Assembly (NCBI GenBank): GCA_964016885.1
Contig: OZ024749.1
Coordinates: forward strand, 12,462,001-12,526,000
Length of the DNA stretch: 64,000 nt
Direction: 5' to 3'
Origin: Eledone cirrhosa
Lineage: Eukaryota
The notes beneath the pieces were generated by a model. The model saw only the letters and a program-made list of their open reading frames with translations, did no database searches and was not told the origin of the DNA. Shown piece after piece: positions 25,088 through 36,070 of the stretch. The translations under genes were made by a program, and so were the position numbers. Each line of letters starts with the position of its first letter. Positions within the stretch are counted from its first letter, which is position 1.

Positions 25088-27953
25088 GTGAAGGTGAGTG
25101 CTAGTGGGGGACAGGTGAATCAGTGAAGGTGAGTGCTAGTGGGGGACAGGTGAATCAGTGAAGGTGTGTGCTAGTGGGGGACAGGTGAATCAGTGAAGGT
25201 GAGTGCTAGTGGGGGACAGGTGAATCAGTGAAGGTGAGTGCTAGTGGGGGACAGGTGAATCAGTGAAGGTGTGTGCTAGTGGGGGACAGGTGAATCAGTG
25301 AAGGTGAGTGCTAGTGGGGACAGGTGAATCAGTGAAGGTGAGTGCTAGTGGGGGACAGGTGAATCAGTGAAGGTGTGTGCTAGTGGGGGACAGGTGAATC
25401 AGTGAAGGTGAGTGCTAGTGGGGGACAGGTGAATCAGTGAAGGTGAGTGCTAGTGGGGGACAGGTGAATCAGTGAAGGTGAGTGCTAGTGGGGGACAGGT
25501 GAATCAGTGAAGGTGTGTGCTAGTGGGGGACAGGTGAATCAGTGAAGGTGAGTGCTAGTGGGGGACAGGTGAATCAGTGAAGGTGTGTGCTAGTGGGGGA
25601 CAGGTGAATCAGTGAAGGTGAGTGCTAGTGGGGGACAGGTGAATCAGTGAAGGTTTGTTCTAGTGGGGGACAGGTGAATCAGTGAAGGTGAGTGCTAGTG
25701 GGGGACAGGTGAATCAGTGAAGGTGAGTGCTAGTGGGGGACAGGTGAATCAGTGAAGGTGAGTGCTAGTGGGGGACAGGTGAATCAGTGAAGGTGAGTGC
25801 TAGTGGGGGACAGGTGAATCAGTGAAGGTGAGTGCTAGTGGGGGACAGGTGAATCAGTGAAGGTGAGTGCTAGTGGGGGACAGGTGAATCAGTGAAGGTG
25901 AGTGCTAGTGGGGGACAGGTGAATCAGTGAAGGTGAGTGCTAGTGGGGGACAGGTGAATCAGTGAAGGTTTGTTCTAGTGGGGGACAGGTGAATCAGTGA
26001 AGGTGAGTGCTAGTGGGGGACAGGTGAATCAGTGAAGGTGAGTGCTAGTGGGGGACAGGTGAATCAGTGAAGGTGTATGCTAGTGGGGGACAGGTGAATC
26101 AGTGAAGGTGAGTGCTAGTGGGGGACATGTGAATCAGTGAAGGTGTATGCTAGTGGGGGACAGGTGAATCAGTGAAGGTGAGTGCTAGTGGGGGACAGGT
26201 GAATCAGTGAAGGTGTATGCTAGTGGGGGACAGGTGAATCAGTGAAGGTGTGTTCTAGTGGGGGACAGGTGAATCAGTGAAGGTGAGTGCTAGTGGGGGA
26301 CAGGTGAATCAGTGAAGGTGTGTGCTAGTGGGGGACAGGTGAATCAGTGAAGGTGAGTGCTAGTGGGGGACAGGTGAATCAGTGAAGGTGAGTGCTAGTG
26401 GGGGACAGGTGAATCAGTGAAGGTGTGTTCTAGTGGGGGACAGGTGAATCAGTGAAGGTGAGTGCTAGTGGGGGACAGGTGAATCAGTGAAGGTGTGTGC
26501 TAGTGGGGGACAGGTGAATCAGTGAAGGTGTGTGCTAGTGGGGGACAGGTGAATCAGTGAAGGTGTGTGCTAGTGGGGGACAGGTGAATCAGTGAAGGTG
26601 TGTTCTAGTGGGGGACAGGTGAATCAGTGAAGGTGTGTTCTAGTGGGGGACAGGTGAATCAGTGAAGGTGAGTGCTAGTGGGGGACAGGTGAATCAGTGA
26701 AGGTGTATGCTAGTGGGGGACAGGTGAATCAGTGAAGGTGAGTGCTAGTGGGGGACAGGTGAATCAGTGAAGGTGTATGCTAGTGGGGGACAGGTGAATC
26801 AGTGAAGGTGAGTGCTAGTGGGGGACAGGTGAATCAGTGAAGGTGTATGCTAGTGGGGGACAGGTGAATCAGTGAAGGTGTGTGCTAGTGGGGGACAGGT
26901 GAATCAGTGAAGGTGAGTGCTAGTGGGGGACAGGTGAATCAGTGAAGGTGAGTGCTAGTGGGGGACAGGTGAATCAGTGAAGGTGTATGCTAGTGGGGGA
27001 CAGGTGAATCAGTGAAGGTGAGTGCTAGTGGGGGACAGGTGAATCAGTGAAGGTGAGTGCTAGTGGGGGACAGGTGAATCAGTGAAGGTGTGTGCTAGTG
27101 GGGGACAGGTGAATCAGTGAAGGTGTATGCTAGTGGGGGACAGGTGAATCAGTGAAGGTGAGTGCTAGTGGGGGACAGGTGAATCAGTGAAGGTGAGTGC
27201 TAGTGGGGGACAGGTGAATCAGTGAAGGTGTGTGCTAGTGGGGGACAGGTGAATCAGTGAAGGTGTATGCTAGTGGGGGACAGGTGAATCAGTGAAGGTG
27301 AGTGCTAGTGGGGGACAGGTGAATCAGTGAAGGTGTGTGCTAGTGGGGGACATAGGTGAAGGTGTGTGCTAGTGGGGGACATAGGTGAAGGTGTATGCTA
27401 GTGGGGGACAGGTGAATCAGTGAAGGTGTGTGCTAGTGGGGGACAGGTGAATCAGTGAAGGTGTGTGCTAGTGGGGGACAGGTGAATCAGTGAAGGTGTG
27501 TGCTAATGGGGGACATAGGTGAAGGTGTATGCTAGTGGGGGACAGGTGAATCAGTGAAGGTGTGTGCTAGTGGGGGACAGGTGAATCAGTGAAGGTGAGT
27601 GCTAGTGGGGGACAGGTGAATCAGTGAAGGTGAGTGCTAGTGGGGGACAGGTGAATCAGTGAAGGTGTGTGCTAGTGGGGGACAGGTGAATCAGTGAAGG
27701 TGAGTGCTAGTGGGGGACAGGTGAATCAGTGAAGGTGAGTGCTAGTGGGGGACAGGTGAATCAGTGAAGGTGAGTGCTAGTGGGGGACAGGTAAATCAGT
27801 GAAGGTGTGTTCTAGTGGGGGACAGGTGAATCAGTGAAGGTGTATGCTAGTGGAGGACAGGTGAATCAGTGAAGGTGTGTGCTAGTGGGGGACAGGTGAA
27901 TCAGTGAAGGTGTATGCTAGTGGAGGACAGGTGAATCAGTGAAGGTTTGTTCT
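25088..27953. repeat. G-rich minisatellite, 35-bp unit GTGAAGGTGAGTGCTAGTGGGGGACAGGTGAATCA, about 80 copies
   Basis: Directly visible; variation is concentrated in the GTGAGTGC/GTGTGTGC/GTGTATGC/GTGTGTTC segment. Confidence 0.98.
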
Positions 27954-27999
27954 AAATTTTGTAAAATCTATTTACATTCTGCTTCATTTATATTTTCAG

Positions 28000-28067
28000 T
28001 ATTTATACACAATGCTCTTCCATTTGTTGGTTTTGGGTTCTTGGACAATGTTTTAATGATTGTTGCG
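28000..28067 (+). CDS. TMEM65: TMEM65 internal coding exon (xV)FIHNALPFVGFGFLDNVLMIVA
   Basis: Acceptor ttttcag| and donor |gtgagt; 68 nt, phase 1 to 0; matches the TMEM65 signature FIHNAIPFIGFGFLDNAIMIVA. Confidence 0.95.
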
Positions 28068-28512
28068 GTGAGTACTATTATTCATTATGACTATATCAGG
28101 ACAATAATGTTTGATAATACTGATTTCACTTTTTGTTGGAATATTATATGTATATATATATTTTTTTTCAAGATGTAGGCAAGTCACGTAGGATGTGTTT
28201 TACCAACATAAATCAAAATAATATCAATAATTTCTATATTTTTTTCATATTTCATTCTGTGAACATATTAATAAGATATATTGTTATTTTCAGAATAATT
28301 TTTGTTGAATCAGTTGGAGCAATGTTATAAATATATGAATATTTTTTACATTAATTTCTGAATATGTTATGTGCTAAGTATCAATTTTTTTTTTATTATG
28401 AAGTTGAGGTTTCTTTGTGTGTTAATTATAATTCATAGAAAATGTGTGTGTGTGTGTGTGCGTGCATGCATGTGTGTATATATATATATACACATTCGTA
28501 CATAACCATCAA

Positions 28513-28552
<40 letters not shown>

Positions 28553-28793
28553 TTGATGGTTATGTACGAATGTGTATGTGTCAGTCTGTTGGTGATATAT
28601 ATATATATATTTTTTTTTTGCCTACCACTTCTGTTACATTTCGACTTTGACTTTCTTCTCTGCCTGCCAGTGGCTTCTACCCTCGAGCAGTTAGCAGTCA
28701 GTGATTCTTATTGCAAAAATGCAACAAACTCACCTTGAACTATAAACATTTTTTTCTCTTTCTGATGAAGTACAATATTTTATTACGTAATAT

Positions 28794-29127
28794 GGAAGCA
28801 CATAGCTTAGTGGGTAGAGCATTGGCCTTGCAATCGAAATGTTGTCAGTTCAATTCTCAGACCGGGTGATGTGTTGTTTCCTTGAGCAAGACACTTTATT
28901 TCACATTGCTCCAGTTCCCTCAGCTGTAGAAATGAGATGATAGGACTAGGATCCCTATCATTCCACTGCAAAGTGGTCATGGAGGTGCCACGGCAAAAGA
29001 GCACCCACCCCACACTGTAAATGAGGTTGGTGTTAGGAAGGGCATCCAGCTGTAGAAATCAAGCCAGAATCAGTTCCTGTCTCACCCTTGCAAGCAGGGA
29101 AAAGCGGACGTAAAATGATGATGATGA
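28794..29127 (+). mobile_element. SINE family A, full length
   Basis: GGAAGCACATAGCTTAGTGG head through to a (GAT)n tail. Confidence 0.9.
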
Positions 29128-29304
29128 ATGCATGTGACGGAGCATGGAACTTGCAATCAGCATTTGTAGATAGATATTGTACAGAAACATATGTTATCCA
29201 CTGAAGTCTCAATAGATTTCTCCTTCTGACCAATTCTTCCTGCCTAGTTATTCCTGTTTTTCCTGGTACTATACTTATTATTATTATTATTATTCCCTGT
29301 TCTT

Positions 29305-29530
29305 AGGGCGGTGGATTGGCAGTATCGGTAGAGGTTCGGGCACCATGCTTTGCAGCATAGAGTTATGGCCCTTTATGATCTGAGTTCAAATCCAGCCAAG
29401 GTTAACTTTGCCTTTCATCCTTACGGGGTTGGTAAAATAAAGTACCAGTCACGCACTGGGGTCGATTTAATCGACTTTCCCCTACCCCCAAATTGCTGGC
29501 CTTGTGCCTATATAAGAAACCATTATTATT
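29305..29530 (+). mobile_element. SINE family B with target-site duplication
   Basis: TTATTATTCCCTGTTCTTA flanks both ends. Confidence 0.9.
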
Positions 29531-29559
29531 CCCTGTTCTTAAAATCCCTTGAGCAATGA

Positions 29560-31387
29560 CCTCCACCCATCCTAATCACCAGAAAACATATAAATACCAC
29601 CATTTCTATATTAAACATTTTATACTCTACTATGTATTGAGTACCTTACTTACTGTGCTTACGCCCGATTGAACCCGGGATACACATATCTTTTAGCACT
29701 TAACCATGCTCCTCTTAACCATCACCAAGAAATCATGCTGACCAAACTTGACATCGATATTTCCATGAAGAATATCCTGATTTCACCAAGGAAACAGTAC
29801 TTAAAAACTCTTATCAGGCATACACATGAGTTCATCAAGCATATTAGATGGAGAGCCTTCTTCTTCAACCACCCTGATGTATCATCTACCAATGATGAGA
29901 AGTTCGGTTTCAAAACGACTAAGGCACCACCCACCAACCACCTACTTGAACCATTTGAGGAGAACCTCTTCAAAAATATCAGAAACTTAACTTTCTGTAG
30001 AGCCAAAACACCATTCCAGGCCTATTTAAAAGACAAACTGCTTAAAATGAAGAGTTCCCCCAATCTCCATGTCCCCTATGATAAAAACAAAAACGTTTAT
30101 GAGTGGACTTACCGACCTACCAGAAGCTGGCAAAAAATGCCATCACGACCACTTACAAAAAAGTAGATGAGATGCCATTGATTGATACCAATATAGTTGA
30201 TAAAGAGATCACAAAAACCCTTATAGTTGAAGACCAGACTGGACCATTAACAGTAAAGTACCTGTCCTTTACCCTTAAAGACCATAATGCCAATTTCTTG
30301 AACAAACTGTCGGTTCAATCAATTAACCCTACATATTCGGGCATCAGATCAATCAGTAAAATATCCTCAATAAAATACTACCATCGCTGCATGCAGCCTC
30401 ACCTCTGCCACTCTGGAGCAGAACTTCTGTAATACCCATTTTCTGCAACTGGATATAGAAGATTACTATGCTTCTATTTCAGAGCCTCTACTGAAGGATG
30501 CACTTGCTTTTGCCAGGAACTTTACCACTACCACTATCACTGATGCTGAGCAGCATGTGATCCTTCATGTCCATAAGACCTCCTTATCTCATGAAGGTTC
30601 TAACTGGATTAATAAGAACTCTGAAACACCATTTGATGTCAGTATGGGAGCAAGTGACTCTGCAGAAGTTAGTGACCTGGTGGGCCTGTATATCCTATAC
30701 CACCTGAAAAATTATTTCACAGGCCTGACCAGAGGATTGTACCACAATGATGGCCTTTTTGCTTTGCACAAGGTAAACCCCAGAACCACTGATGGGTTTA
30801 ACAAAAGTTTACACTCTTTCTTCCGTAATTTAGGTTTTAGAATCACCATTGAATCAAATATGACAAGGACCAATTTTTGAGATGTTACCTTAGATTTAGA
30901 AACTTTCCTCTACTACCAATACCACAACCCTAATGAATCCCTTAGATACATAGCTGTTAATTCAAACAACTCCAAAAATATTACTGATAATTTAGTTAAA
31001 AGTGTCTCACTTAGAATTTCAAGTCTCTCAGCCAATGCAGACATTTTTAGTGCCTCTGCCCCCTACTACAATGAAGCCATTGCCTGTAGTGTCTTTAAAG
31101 AAAAGATTACCTATCTAGAAAATACACCAAGACCACTTAGGAGAAATAGGCATAGGTAATTAGTTGGTACACTGCCCCTTGCCTTCAACAGAGCAGTATC
31201 TACACCAATAGCTAGGACTTTCTTCAAATTAATACCATAATATCACAATGACAGTTGGCTTTCCTGATGATCTCCTTCGAATGAAACAGTTCTAATCCTG
31301 TAGAAACAATTTCTGTATTAAACATTATATACTCTACTATGTATTGAGTACCTTACTTACTGTGGTTACCCTGATTGAATCTGGGAT

Positions 31388-31392
<5 letters not shown>
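29560..31392 (+). mobile_element. Penelope-like element (Neptune-type), decayed, with direct-repeat pLTR segments; the GIY-YIG region appears deleted
   Basis: MKNILISPRKQYLKTLI...IRWRAFFF..KFGFKTTKAPP; RT motifs MGASDSAEVSDLVGLYIL and GLYHNDGL (degenerate GLYRDDGL); an 85-bp direct repeat at about 29603-29687 and 31310-31392. Confidence 0.9.
31255..31309 (+). ncRNA. Hammerhead ribozyme in the Penelope pLTR
   Basis: TTTC-CTGATGA-T-CTCCTTCGAA-T-GAAA-CAG-TTCTAATC-CT-GTA-GAAA. Intact core, stem I TTTC/GAAA, stem III ACAG/CTGT, GUA triplet, weak stem II. Confidence 0.7.
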
Positions 31393-31425
<33 letters not shown>

Positions 31426-32219
31426 GAAGGTGTGTGGTTGAGTGGTTAGAGAATTGGATTTGCAATTGTGAGGTTGTGAGTTCGATTCCTGGACCGGGCC
31501 ATGGTTTATGTCCTTGGGCAAGACGCTTTATTTCATGTTGCTTCTTCTACTTGGAGTTGGCGACTGATAGCTAGTATTAACAATTGAAAAAACCAATGGG
31601 AACATTGTTTCCTCGGTCTGATTTGACGAAAGTCGATCGACTGTTGATATATATATCATCATCATCATCATGATTTAACATCTGTTTTCCCTGCTAACAA
31701 ATACATATGAGAGACAAAGCAAATTAATGAATTTGTGCTAGTTTATATGAAATTTACCTCCAAAATGTATACAATTTGATAGATTTATTAAGTATTTTAT
31801 GGAGTTGCTAGCTCAACTGTAAATATTCCTATATTGAAGGCTTATATTTACAAGCATGGCAAAATAGATGTAAAACAGTAGTCATGGTGATGGTGGTGGT
31901 GGTGGTGGTGAAGAGGATTGCTGGCTTTAAAATGTCTTTGGTCTTCAATAATTTGACAATGTTAGAAGATCTATAAAATGATATTCTGAGAAAAGAATGA
32001 TGTCAGCACAAGTGAAATATTGCAACAGTGGTAAACTCTATAGATTTAGATTCCAACTGAAACGATCAACTATTTTTACTTAATCATACAAAGTACATTA
32101 AAAGTGTTTTTTATTTTCTTTTTTATTCAATAGTGTTTGATTCAAAGTAGATCAATATATAGAATATATAACCTAAGATTTAAAGAATGTATTTTCATTT
32201 TTATATTAATAATAATAAT

Positions 32220-32572
32220 AATGTTTCTACTTTTGGCACAAGGCCAGCAATTACCCCAGTGCATTACTGGTGCTTTATATTATCGATCCCTTAAGGCAAA
32301 GTTAACCGTGGCAGGATTTGAACCCAGAACGTAAAGGGCCACAACTCTATGGCGCAAAACAATAATAATAATAATAAAAATTGTTTCTACTTTTGGCACA
32401 AGGCCAGCAATTATCCCAGTACATTACTGGTACTTTATTTTATCGGCCCCGTAAGGATGAAAAGCAAAGTTAACCTCGGCGGGATTTGAACTCAGACCAT
32501 AAAGGGCTGTAACTCTTTGCTATAAAGCATGGCTTCAGACCCTCTACCGATATTGCCACTCCACTGCCTTAA
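32220..32572 (-). mobile_element. Two SINE B copies inserted in (TAA)n tracts
   Basis: Reverse complement of the family B consensus. Confidence 0.85.
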
Positions 32573-32592
32573 TAATAATAATAATAATAACA

Positions 32593-32760
32593 ATTCAAAA
32601 GGCATGTTTGCTGGAAACAGCAAGAACCCTCCGATATGTCCTGAATATCTGAAGCTGCAGGTAGCAGCTTGATGTTCATTTGAACAAACTTTTCAGTTAA
32701 ATAACATCAATAACTTAGACATCAAGAGTAATAATAATAATAACAATAATAATAATAATG
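32593..32760 (+). mobile_element. R4/Dong 3'-end fragment flanked by (TAA)n
   Basis: IQKACLLETARTLRYVLNI plus a 3' UTR homologous to the reverse complement of 13245-13390; ends in TAATAATAA. Confidence 0.8.
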
Positions 32761-32839
32761 ATGATGATGGTGGTTGTTTCTGCTTTTGCCACAGGGCCAG
32801 CAATTATCCCAGTGTGTTGCTGGTGTTGGAGGAAGAAGA

Positions 32840-33040
32840 AGGAATGGGACAAGAACCAACTCGACGAAAGAATTGAATAGAACTGACTGTCATGAAATGT
32901 TATCTGAAGAGTAACCCCATGGAAAAAGGCTATAGGAAACGGATGCATAACATCTGGAACAAGATTGGTCTATTTAAATTAGGTGAACAAAAATTGGGCG
33001 GTCAGGCTCGTGTAATAAGAACTAATGGATGGATAAGCAA
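32840..33040 (+). mobile_element. R4/Dong N-terminal fragment
   Basis: KELNRTVMKCYLKSNPMEKGYRKRMHNIW...EQKLGGQARVIRTNGWIS matches the N-terminal domain of R4/Dong ORFs. Confidence 0.75.
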
Positions 33041-33059
33041 AACCTTCCATCATAATTAT

Positions 33060-34116
33060 AATATAATAAAGGGAGGAGTGGGGGACTGTGTCCTGAATAT
33101 ATTTTTGTTATCCCATTAGTAAAATAAGTTAAATTACTTTGAATAAATAATTGTTTCTACTTTTGGCACAAGGCCAGCAATTATTCCAGTGTATTACTGG
33201 TACTTTATTTTATTTGAATAAATAAAATCATTATTTAATGAATGAATATTACATAATTTATGTACTAAATTTCGTAGATGTTGATTAAACATAAATATTC
33301 TTATATATAATGAGTGCTTATTTTAAGATTCACTTCTTTTAAAATTTTCAAATGTCTACACTTCCGGTTAGCGTCCATTATATCATAACACTCCTGGCGG
33401 TGGATTGGCAGTATCGGTAGAGGGTCGGACGCCATGCTTTGAAGCATAGAGTTACCTCCCTTTATGATCTGAGTTCAAATCCCGCCAGGGTTAACTTTGC
33501 CTTTCATCCTTACAGAGGGGGGGAGGGGGTCGATAAAATAAAGTACCAGTAATACACTGGGATAATTGCTGGCCTTGTGCCAAAAGTAGAAACAATTATA
33601 TCATAACACTTATTACATCACTTATGTAAACATTCATATATTTGCATCGTTATATATGGTTTATATTTCTGTCGCTAATTTCATAAAATTTTGCTGTAAT
33701 GTAGTTTATATATAATTGTTTCTACTTTTGGCACAAGGCCAGCAATTACCCAGTGTATTACTGCTACTTTATTTTATCGACCCCTGTAAGGATGAAAGAC
33801 AAAGTTAACCTCGGCAGGATTTGAACTCAGAATGGCAAGGGCCGTAACTCTATGCGTCAAAGCATGGCATCCGACCCTCTACCGATACTGCCAATCCATG
33901 TAGTTTATATATAATATCATCTTTTTTAAATGATTCATGGATTACTTTACTTACAGAAGACAGTGCAACACAGTCTCTCTTCAATTTCTATGTATATTGT
34001 CAATTACGATTATATTTGATGTATCATATCTACATTTATATATACTTGTGTATAATATCAATATACACACTACACATGCTAGCAGAAAACCACCCAAAGA
34101 GTGATTTTTCTGCTAG
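33060..34116 (+). mobile_element. Third Helitron copy carrying three SINE B insertions (about 33151-33212, 33393-33598, 33715-33898)
   Basis: Starts ATAATAAAGGGAGGAG and ends with the hairpin plus TGCTAG|T. SINE TSDs are TTTGAATAAATAA, ATTATATCATAACACT and ATGTAGTTTATATATAAT. Confidence 0.8.
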
Positions 34117-34464
34117 TTTTATATAAGAACATTTATTATATTCCAAACATCAACTTAATAATGAGAAAATCCTTATATAAATCTCACTGAATTCTTCATT
34201 ATTTTCCAAATATGAATATCTTAGGCATTGTCTTTTGTTTGAAATATAATAGTGAAAGAGTTAAGGCTGCTTAGTAATTTTTCCAACAAGGTATTTATAT
34301 TTAAACTGCAATTAGGTCTAAATATTGTAAATATAATTTAGTTTAATGTAACTAGTATTTTGTTTAAGTTAGGCAAAGTTTTAGTATCTTGAAGAAAACA
34401 GATTATAAATTGATAATTATGTCTTTGGTTGAGAACAATGAAAACATTTAAAAGAATGAATTTC

Positions 34465-35005
34465 TTAACCCTTTCATTACCATATTTCTAATGAAAGTCA
34501 CTGTCTATGTCATTACCCCTTCCTTTCCATATTTCTAATGAAAGACACTGCCTATGATTTTCAAATAATTGTGAAAATAACCAAGAATTTGGACGGATTT
34601 AGTAATATAATTGTTTCTACTTTAGGCACAAGGCCAGCAATTACCCAGTGCACTACTGGTACTTTATTTTATCGACCCCGTAAGGATGAAAGGCAAAGTC
34701 AACCTCGGCGGGATTTGAACTCAATGGAAGACTTTTAGATAAATATAAATAATTTAACTCTTCCATTACTATATTTCAAATAAAATATACTACATCTGAT
34801 TTCCAAATAATTTTTTTAGATAATCCAGAATTAGTAATATAAGTAATTTTCTCAGCGTAAAGCTGGTGTTTGGAATAGCTTAGCAAAGGCTTTTACATAA
34901 AATTACGAGGGAAGGTTTTTAGATAAATATAAATGCTTTAAAATTAAAAGCTTTGTATTATAGAACCAAAGGTGGTTTTCAGCAATTTTGGATCAAAAGA
35001 GTTAA
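34465..35005. mobile_element. Second TTAA-type MITE family (TTAACCCTTTCATTACCATATTTC...AAAGGGTTAA), nested or fragmented copies; related pieces near 24078, 37427, 41350-41644, 48780-49210 and 53590-53930
   Basis: Repeated terminal TTAACCC and GGGTTAA motifs with a shared internal sequence. Confidence 0.65.
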
Positions 35006-35599
35006 AGCAGTTTCTATGGCTAACAACAAACCCTTACTAAATGCTGAGATAAAATACGTATATAAAGTCTTCAACATGATAGAAATATTTAGAAGAATCT
35101 AAACAGTTTGACATCATAGAACCAGTGGTGGTCTTGGGCAGTTTATTATCAAAAGGGTAAAGAAATAGCCACTGTAAAAGCATCTTTTTTAAATGTTTAA
35201 ATGGAACATATTGCTTTTCAATGGATGATAATACCTTACCGGTGCCACTCAAGTAAGGTAATTATTTAACCCATAAATGGGGTCCTAACATGTACTACTA
35301 CTCTGGGCCAGAGCAGACCTGAGAGTGATAACAACTAAGGAGTAACTCCACATTCCCCACAGCTCCTGAACTCTCGAACTGGAGCCTTGCGACTGGATGC
35401 AGTTTAATGCTACAAATAAGACCTAACTATGGTAATAAGGACCATCCAACCTATAGTGCCATGGAATATTGAGGAGAAGGATTATGTATATCTTGAAAAT
35501 CATTTTAACTCTTTTTTTTTATCATGTTCTAATGAAATACACTTCCTATGATTTTCAAATAACCAAGTGGGTGTAAAATCAGTCAGCTGGAATTTGCAG

Positions 35600-36070
35600 A
35601 TAACATAAGTGTTACTTAACTCGACAGAAGATGCCCTTCGATTTGCATTTGATAGGTTTGATACCGAGTATCATGGCTAGAATGAAAATCAATACTGCAA
35701 AAACTGAGACACTCGTCCTCTCAAGGAAGCCTGTGCAGTGCACTCTACATGTAAATGGAGTTCCACTGAAGCAGGTAGAGAAGTTCAAGTACTTCAGGAC
35801 CGTGTTCACGGGTGATGGAAGGCAAGAGGCTGAATTAAGTGCAATATTGCAGGAGCTGGTGCAGTAATTCGCCAGTTTCAGCATTCAGTAATCAGAAGAA
35901 GCTCACTGCCTTTAATTTGGTTTTTGTGCCAACCCTTATCTATGGTCATGAATCTTGGGTAATGACCGAAAGTATACAATTGCGAATACAAGCAGCCAAA
36001 ATGGGATTCCTCCGAAGGGTCTCTGGAGTAATGTTACTCGATAAAGTGAGTAGCTCAGAGATCAGATAGT
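35600..36070 (+). mobile_element. RTE-clade LINE fragment (RT thumb region)
   Basis: MKINTAKTETLVLSRKP...LKQVEKFKY and PTLIYGHESWVMTE...AAKMGFLRRVSGV... Confidence 0.85.

Noticed and set aside
28762-28792. CTGATGA hammerhead-like start
   Set aside because: No GAAA or stem III; cut off by the adjacent SINE insertion.
28794-28865. tRNA gene candidates (also about 38345-38415, 48416-48485 and 31427-31497)
   Set aside because: They are SINE heads: the stems are imperfect and each continues into a SINE body and tail.
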